Positions 58,480-64,000 of a stretch of 64,000 bases of DNA are shown here, one piece after another. Source of the stretch: Candidatus Omnitrophota bacterium (GTDB lineage: Bacteria > Omnitrophota > Gorgyraeia > Zapsychrales > JBDRMG01); NCBI GenBank assembly GCA_043812495.1, contig JBDRMG010000002.1:4890-68889 (forward strand), in the 5' to 3' direction. Within the stretch, counting starts at the first letter, position 1. Every line of letters begins with the position of its first letter. Under the pieces are notes generated by a model. The model made no database searches. It saw only the letters and a list, made by a program, of their open reading frames with translations, and was not told the DNA's origin. Position numbers and translations under genes: made by a program.

Positions 58480-58523
58480 CTATGGCAGTTCTTTACAGCC
58501 GTTTTCTGATACCATATAATGAA

Positions 58524-58652
58524 GAAATAGTAAATTCTTATTTGCTGTACCCAGCCCGCCACTGAATCAATGGCGGGCTGGGTCAATTCGCGCATATGAT
58601 TTACATTCTCCCGTCTTAAAGCCGGGATCATGTAAATCATGCGCTCATTGAA
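58524..58652 (-). repeat. Family A element, copy 9
   Basis: GAAATAGT..ACCCAGCCCGCCA..TGGCGGGCTGGGT CAATTCGCGC..GCGCTCATTGAA. Confidence 0.9.
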
Positions 58653-58673
58653 GAGAAGAAAGAGGAGGGAAAT

Positions 58674-58829
58674 ATGATCTGTTCTATACCATATGAAATA
58701 TTCACGGATGTACAGCTCTTAGGAATTCTGGGTGTCAGTATATTTTTTGTCATCTGGATTGTTTTCGTTCCGATTGTGATCACGGCTCGATTAGAGAAAA
58801 TCATTAAGCTCTTGGAAGAAAAGAAATAA
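58674..58829 (+). CDS. 51-aa single-TM small protein
   Basis: GAGGAGG RBS; MICSIPYEIFTDVQLLGILGVSIFFVIWIVFVPIVITARLEKIIKLLEEKK*. Confidence 0.7.
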   Translation: MICSIPYEIFTDVQLLGILGVSIFFVIWIVFVPIVITARLEKIIKLLEEKK

Positions 58830-58851
58830 TTTCTTAAGAACGGTGGATGTG

Positions 58852-58891
58852 AAAAGCGGCCCGCCAATGAATCATTGGCGGGCCGCTTTTT
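58852..58891 (+). terminator. Intrinsic terminator built on the CCGCCA..TGGCGG module
   Basis: AAAAGCGGCCCGCCAATGAATCATTGGCGGGCCGCTTTTT. Confidence 0.75.
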
Positions 58892-58902
58892 CCTTACTGA
58901 AG

Positions 58903-59023
58903 GAAATAGTAAAATTTTAATTTGACGTACCCCGAGTCCGCCACAAACTTTGGCGGACTCGGGGTCAATTCGCGCATATGATTTATACTCCCTATCAGTC
59001 GCATAAATCATGCGCTCATTGAA
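58903..59023 (-). repeat. Family A element, copy 10
   Basis: GAAATAGT..ACCCCGAGTCCGCCA..TGGCGGACTCGGGGT CAATTCGCGC..GCGCTCATTGAA. Confidence 0.9.
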
Positions 59024-59041
59024 AAGAATGATCAAATCATA

Positions 59042-60166
59042 TCAGGAGATCTCAGAAAGGAGATTATATCGTGGTTCCAATTCCCCAAGAAATTTGAGAT
59101 TGAATGTTCTAAAGAAAACGGGAATCGGCAGAAACAGGAAATTGACCGATAGAAAAAGAAGGAATAAAAAAATTCCTCCCAAAATAGCAAAAATAACTCC
59201 GAGGATGACTTGCAGAGTCGAAGGGAGTAAATTAAGCGCAAAGTAAATGGCAAATCCCAGAAGAACCACGAGGAAGCCGACAATAAGCAAAATTATTAGA
59301 CCGATGATCATAGCTAAAATGCTTCCGGCGATAGCAAAACCCATGCATATCAGAAGATAAAGCAAAATTTCTTTCAAATTTATCTTAAGAAGAACAAATG
59401 CCTCTGGCCATGCGCGCATAATGCTAATATTATTTTTAAACATAATAGGGAGGACAAAATTTTGAACAAACCAATGAATGAGCATGCTCACAATAAAAAG
59501 GAAGGCAAAGATAAAGAGAAAGGGGGCCGCTATGCCAAGAATCCTAAAGAAACCAATCTCTGAGGCGTGCTCAAAAACTCCGGCCTGACTCAAAGATTGA
59601 AAACATCCAAAACCAAGACCGGCAAAAAGGACAAGAAACACCAAACCAAAGACAAGATTCCATAGAAAATAAGACGTCCCAAGTCCCCTCAGTTGAATAA
59701 ATGGCTGTTTAATATTGACCTTATTTTTAATAATATCGTCCAAGAAGACAAAAAAGAAGATGCTTCCGATCCAGGCAAGCAGCATCACTAGTATAGAAAC
59801 AAAAAGAATCACTATCCCCCCAATGGCAAGAACAATAGGATTGGATTTGATCGACTCAATCATCTGTTTAAATTCGTCTAGACCTGAAGAGGCTGCCAGA
59901 TGAACAAATTTCTTCTCTTCCATGACATCTGAAGCTAAGTGAAAATCTGGCGTTGAAAGCTGCCAAGAGGTTTCCGTTTCCGAGGGTGCCGAATCTCTTT
60001 TCTGAAAGAAATTTCCGCCGCCGTTTCCGCCGCCAATAGACAGCTGTCCTGAAAGCCAGGCGATCAAAGCCAGAGTGACCCATTTCCTGAGATTAAAGGG
60101 TTGGAAAAGAATGGTTTTTGTTCTTTCAAAAGAGAACTTAATAATGGGGCTAAAATCGATTTTCAT
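59042..60166 (-). CDS. Polytopic membrane protein of unknown function
   Basis: Multiple TM segments, GGGNGGG loop; probable start 60166. Confidence 0.75.
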   Translation of the reverse strand: MKIDFSPIIKFSFERTKTILFQPFNLRKWVTLALIAWLSGQLSIGGGNGGGNFFQKRDSAPSETETSWQLSTPDFHLASDVMEEKKFVHLAASSGLDEFKQMIESIKSNPIVLAIGGIVILFVSILVMLLAWIGSIFFFVFLDDIIKNKVNIKQPFIQLRGLGTSYFLWNLVFGLVFLVLFAGLGFGCFQSLSQAGVFEHASEIGFFRILGIAAPFLFIFAFLFIVSMLIHWFVQNFVLPIMFKNNISIMRAWPEAFVLLKINLKEILLYLLICMGFAIAGSILAMIIGLIILLIVGFLVVLLGFAIYFALNLLPSTLQVILGVIFAILGGIFLFLLFLSVNFLFLPIPVFFRTFNLKFLGELEPRYNLLSEIS

Positions 60167-60279
60167 ATTTTCATGATAACACTTGAGAAAAACAATGCAA
60201 ACAATTTTCATATTTTTAACCCATTGTTGCCGGATGGAGAATCTGATATAATGACGTTGCCATTGTGCGCGATAGGAAG

Positions 60280-60660
60280 ATGAAAAATATCAAAATACAA
60301 TTAGGCACATTAGAGGTTATCGCGCGCCTGAACGGTTCGGCCACGGCCGGCAGGATTTGGGATGCCCTGCCTTTAGAGTCTTTGACGAGTCTCTGGGGTG
60401 ATGAGATTTATTTTCCGATTCCTGTTAAATGCAAAATTGAGGAAGGGTTCGCCAAAGACGTTGTGGATATCGGTGATATTGCCTATTGGCCCGAGGGAAA
60501 ATGTTTTTGTATCTTCTTTGGGCAGACACCGGTGAGCAAACCCGGCGAAATCCGTCCGGCAAGCGCCGTAAACCTCATCGGAAAAATAGAAGGCAACTGG
60601 GAGCCGCTCAAGAAAGTGAAAGAAAACGAGAAGGTTATTATCAAAGAATTAAAGGAATAG
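60280..60660 (+). CDS. Cyclophilin-like fold protein (DUF369/TM1367-like)
   Basis: WGDEIYF, GDIAYWPEG, FCIFFGQTP. Confidence 0.8.
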   Translation: MKNIKIQLGTLEVIARLNGSATAGRIWDALPLESLTSLWGDEIYFPIPVKCKIEEGFAKDVVDIGDIAYWPEGKCFCIFFGQTPVSKPGEIRPASAVNLIGKIEGNWEPLKKVKENEKVIIKELKE

Positions 60661-60676
60661 AATCCAGAAAGTTTCC

Positions 60677-61684
60677 ATGAATCATCTGATGCTCATCATT
60701 ATTGCTGCCGTTGCCATCTTGCTTGCCGTGATTATTATGCTGATCATTCATTTAAGCAGAATGAATCACCAGCTTTCTACACAATTGGCGAATACAATGG
60801 ATAAGCAATTGGAAACGATGCGCGGCGAGCTCAATGCCCGGCTCAATGAGACCAGCCGTGCCATTGCCGAGACCCATAAAACGGTTGGTGAACGGTTGGA
60901 TAATGCGACAAAAATTTTCGGGACCGTTGCCACAAGTCTCGGGCAGCTTCAGGAGGCCAACAAAAGGCTTTTGGAAGTCGGTCAGGATATTGCGAGCCTG
61001 CAGGAACTTTTACGCGCCCCCAAATTTCGCGGAGAAATCGGCGAAACCATGCTGGAAAATATTTTGGCGCAGGTCTTACCTAAGGATCATTTCGAATTAC
61101 AGTATCATTTTAAGACCGGCGATGCGGTGGATGCGGTCATCAAGCTGGCCGACCATCTGGTGTGCATTGATTCAAAATTTTCCTATGAGAATTTCAAAAA
61201 GATGATTGAAGCGGACCATGAGGACGAAAAGGCTTCTTATCAGAAAAAGTTTATTAAGGACGTCAAAAATCGCATTGACGAAATTTCCGCGAAATATATT
61301 CTCCCCGATGAAAGAACATTTGACTTTGCCCTGATGTACATTACGGCCGAAAATGTTTATTACGAGACGATCATCAAAGGCGATTTTCTTAGCTATTCAT
61401 TGTCCAAGAAAGTGGTCCCCGTTTCTCCGAATACCTTTTATGCTTACCTGCAAGTGATTTGTTTGGGTTTGCGGGGAATGAAAATTGAAAGCAATGTGCA
61501 GAAAATTATCGCCAGTTTGAATCAGCTTCAAGGGGACTTAAAGAAATTTGACGAGTCCTTTAAAGTCGTCGGCAGCCATATTCGCAATGCCGCCACAAAA
61601 TACACCGAAGCAGAGAAGAAGCTTGAAAGATTTTCGGATAAATTAATCAGCGTTGAACAGAGTAAGCAAATCGAAGCTCTCTAA
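60677..61684 (+). CDS. rmuC: DNA recombination protein RmuC
   Basis: N-terminal TM, coiled coil, RGEIGE, IDSKF, KYI, DFALMY, VSPNT. Confidence 0.9.
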   Translation: MNHLMLIIIAAVAILLAVIIMLIIHLSRMNHQLSTQLANTMDKQLETMRGELNARLNETSRAIAETHKTVGERLDNATKIFGTVATSLGQLQEANKRLLEVGQDIASLQELLRAPKFRGEIGETMLENILAQVLPKDHFELQYHFKTGDAVDAVIKLADHLVCIDSKFSYENFKKMIEADHEDEKASYQKKFIKDVKNRIDEISAKYILPDERTFDFALMYITAENVYYETIIKGDFLSYSLSKKVVPVSPNTFYAYLQVICLGLRGMKIESNVQKIIASLNQLQGDLKKFDESFKVVGSHIRNAATKYTEAEKKLERFSDKLISVEQSKQIEAL

Positions 61685-61709
61685 TCTTGCCAAGGCACCC
61701 AAATATTTC

Positions 61710-62453
61710 ATGCCCCCAAAAGAAAAACTCAATCGTCAAAAAATCTTGGGAAGACTTCAGAATTTCTTTGGTAAAGACGTGTTTGTTTTTGTAAGCGAGC
61801 GGCCGGTGGACTTTTCTCTGGCCAAAAGTGCTCCCTTGTTTTCTTCGCAACAGAAGAACTTATTCAAGAGAAGGGGAAGCCTTAAGTTTTCGCGCGTCTT
61901 GAATATTCGGCAAATTCACGGATGCCGTATTCTTTGCGTGACAGGAGAAAATGATTGGCCCCAAAGAAAAATAAGGAGAGCCGACGGCCTGATGACATGC
62001 GCGTCCCATATTCCCTTGGCGGTTCGGATAGCCGATTGCTTGAGCATTTTCATGTTTGATCCAAAGACGAAAACAATTGCCCTCGTTCATGCGGGTTGGC
62101 GTGGAAGCCGAAAGCAGATAGCCAAGAAAGCCGTTCTTCTTATGAAAAGAAAATTTGGCGCCAGAGCGGAAAATTTAAAAATTACTTTTGGCCCGTGCAT
62201 ACGGTCTTGCTGCTATCAGGTGAGCGTTCCATTTAAGAATTATTTTCCTCGCGAAGTGAAAAAAAGAAACAATCAATACTATTTGGATTTACCTTTGGTC
62301 AACAAGAATCAATTAATCCAAGCAGGCGTAGAAAAAAGAAACATTTTTGATAGCCGGCTTTGCACCTTTTGCGATCAACATTTTTTCTCCTTTCGCCGGC
62401 AAGGAAAGAAAGCCGGACGCATGATTTCGCTGATTATGAGAAAATCTTCGTGA
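61710..62453 (+). CDS. pgeF: PgeF/YfiH laccase-like purine nucleoside phosphorylase
   Basis: QIHG, ADG, ADC, HAGWRG, GPCI..CCYQV, FFSFRR. Confidence 0.88.
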   Translation: MPPKEKLNRQKILGRLQNFFGKDVFVFVSERPVDFSLAKSAPLFSSQQKNLFKRRGSLKFSRVLNIRQIHGCRILCVTGENDWPQRKIRRADGLMTCASHIPLAVRIADCLSIFMFDPKTKTIALVHAGWRGSRKQIAKKAVLLMKRKFGARAENLKITFGPCIRSCCYQVSVPFKNYFPREVKKRNNQYYLDLPLVNKNQLIQAGVEKRNIFDSRLCTFCDQHFFSFRRQGKKAGRMISLIMRKSS

Positions 62454-62532
62454 CAGGCTTAAAAAGAGAACGCGTGTAGCAATTCCCCTTTTTCTATGGC
62501 ATAATCAAGGTAGAAGGTCATTCTTTATAGTT

Positions 62533-62676
62533 GAAATATTATAATTGTATTTGCTTAATCCCCCGCCTCACCAAAATTGTTAAACAATTTTGGTGGGCGA
62601 GGTCAATTCGTCCATATGACTTATGTCGTCCGCCACTGAATCAATGGTGGACTCCATAAGTCATGGCCTCATTGAA
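62533..62676 (-). repeat. Family A element, copy 11
   Basis: GAAATATTATAATTGTATTTGCTTAATCCCCCGCC..GGTCAATTCGTCC..ATGACTTATG..CATAAGTCATGGCCTCATTGAA. Confidence 0.92.
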
Positions 62677-62688
62677 AGGACGTCAAAG

Positions 62689-63000
62689 ATGAATATCGTT
62701 ATTTTCATAACGGCTAAAAATAAAAAAGAAGCTGTAAAAATTTGCCAAGCTCTTCTTAAGAAAAAACTTATTGCGTGCGCTAATGTGATAGACAGCGTCG
62801 AATCTTTCTTCTGGTGGCAGGGCAAGATTGATCGGGCAAAAGAAACACTCTGTGTCTTGAAGTCCAAAAAGCGGCTTCTTAAAGAGATTACACAAACAGT
62901 GAAGTCTTTACACAGCTATGATGTCCCCGAGGTCATTGCTTTGCCCATCATCGGAGGCCATAAGCCTTATCTTGATTGGGTGAACCAGTCGGTCCAATAA
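62689..63000 (+). CDS. cutA: Divalent cation tolerance protein CutA
   Basis: LIACAN, S.FWWQGKI, HSYDVPE; start moved to ATG 62689. Confidence 0.92.
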   Translation: MNIVIFITAKNKKEAVKICQALLKKKLIACANVIDSVESFFWWQGKIDRAKETLCVLKSKKRLLKEITQTVKSLHSYDVPEVIALPIIGGHKPYLDWVNQSVQ

Positions 63001-63014
63001 GTGAGTCAAAAATC

Positions 63015-63515
63015 ATGAGAAAAATATTTTCTACTCTAGTCATTGTTCTTTTATTGTTCTTTGTGTTCACCCCTTCGTTTGCCATGGGCCAACTTTTCTT
63101 CTTTGGGAATTCCCTAGAAGGCAAACCAGCTCCCGATTTTACATTATCTACAACCAGCGGTCAAAAGTTGAACATGACGGCCGTCCGGGAAGGAAAAAGC
63201 GCCATTATCTTTTTCTGGGCCACGTGGTGCCCTCATTGTCGCTCGGCTCTTAATGAACTGAACCAAAAAGAAAAGGACATTCAACAGCAGGGCATTAAGC
63301 TCATGGTTGTTGATTTAGGCGAGTCATCAAAGGTCGTCAGCGCGTATCAAAAGAAATATAACATCACGATTGATATGTTTCTTGATACGGATTCGGCTTT
63401 GGGGGAGACCTACAATATTATTGGCGTACCGACCTTCTTTTTGGTGGACGCAAAAGGCATTGTTCGCTCTGTCGGACACGCTTTACCCGATGACTACGCG
63501 CGCTTCTTAAAGTAA
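63015..63515 (+). CDS. TlpA-family thioredoxin-like protein
   Basis: Signal/TM segment, APDFTL, FWATWCPHC, GVPT. Confidence 0.88.
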   Translation: MRKIFSTLVIVLLLFFVFTPSFAMGQLFFFGNSLEGKPAPDFTLSTTSGQKLNMTAVREGKSAIIFFWATWCPHCRSALNELNQKEKDIQQQGIKLMVVDLGESSKVVSAYQKKYNITIDMFLDTDSALGETYNIIGVPTFFLVDAKGIVRSVGHALPDDYARFLK

Positions 63516-63530
63516 TTGCCCTACGCCCGC

Positions 63531-64000
63531 ATGACAAAAGAAAATCAAACAGCAAATTTAAGCCTCTTGACCGATCTTTATGAGCTGACCATGGCGGCCA
63601 GCTATTTTAAACACAAGAGAGGCTGCCTGGCCTCTTTTGATCTATTTATCAGAAACCTTCCGGAACAAAGATCTTTTTTTCTCGCCGCGGGTCTAGCCGA
63701 TATCATTTCCTTTCTTGCAAAGTTTAGATTCGACGGAGATTCTATCCGCTATCTGAAGAGCTTGGGGATTTTTTCCAGTGAATTTCTCGAATTCCTGAAG
63801 AACCTGAGATTTCGCGGCAGCTTATGGGCGGTACCCGAGGGCACGGTTGTTTTTCCTAATGAGCCGCTCATCCGTATTGTTGCGCCGATTATTGAGGGCC
63901 AGCTATTGGAAAGCTATCTTTTAAATACGATCAATCTGCAAACCACGATTGCCACAAAGGCCGTCCGCGTTGTTACGGCGGCCAAGGGAAAAAGTGTTTT
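63531..64000 (+). CDS. pncB: Nicotinate phosphoribosyltransferase (partial, runs off the window)
   Basis: LLTDLYELTM, FDLFIR, PEGTVVFPNEP, QTTIATKA. Confidence 0.9.
   Translation, partial: MTKENQTANLSLLTDLYELTMAASYFKHKRGCLASFDLFIRNLPEQRSFFLAAGLADIISFLAKFRFDGDSIRYLKSLGIFSSEFLEFLKNLRFRGSLWAVPEGTVVFPNEPLIRIVAPIIEGQLLESYLLNTINLQTTIATKAVRVVTAAKGKSV

Noticed and set aside
58637-59035. 132-aa minus-strand ORF over copies 9-10
   Set aside because: Antisense to the RBS-supported 51-aa ORF and runs through repeats and a terminator.
15591-62676. Family A as integron attC sites or CRISPR repeats
   Set aside because: No RYYYAAC/GTTRRRY ends, no integrase or cas gene, copies dispersed in both orientations, and they flank core genes (purL, glyA, tatA).
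1-64000. tRNA, rRNA, prophage or defence systems
   Set aside because: None recognised by eye. The CPBP/Abi, TerB and Mut7-C genes are not in a defence-like cluster. Not verified with covariance-model or HMM searches.

Overview
Bacterial chromosomal window; gene content and fusions suggest a Candidatus Omnitrophota-like organism, which is inference only. Nearly all genes are on the + strand. Layout: a surface-glycan locus (~1-14.8 kb), assorted housekeeping genes (cspA, sixA, rsmF-like, tatAC, SLC12-like transporter, hemW), a purine cluster (purB-C-L-LOG-Q-M-D-E) interrupted by a REP-associated tyrosine (HUH) transposase with terminal repeats, then tsaC/PTP-rpiB-glyA-nrdR, ychF, ABC-F, rmuC, pgeF, cutA and pncB. 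The most striking feature is non-coding. Eleven dispersed copies of a 120-225 bp two-hairpin element (family A: TCAATGA-stem...stem-GAATTGAC-CCC hairpin-AT-rich tail ending TATTTC) sit at gene boundaries in both orientations. Their stems covary around an invariant GA/GA tandem mismatch, and their hairpin interiors are swapped between copies and carry nested mini-palindromes. A second fixed-spacing element family (B, 3 copies), several nested palindrome clusters and three small ORFs missed by the ORF track are also present. All coordinates and alignments were read by eye and no database searches were run.
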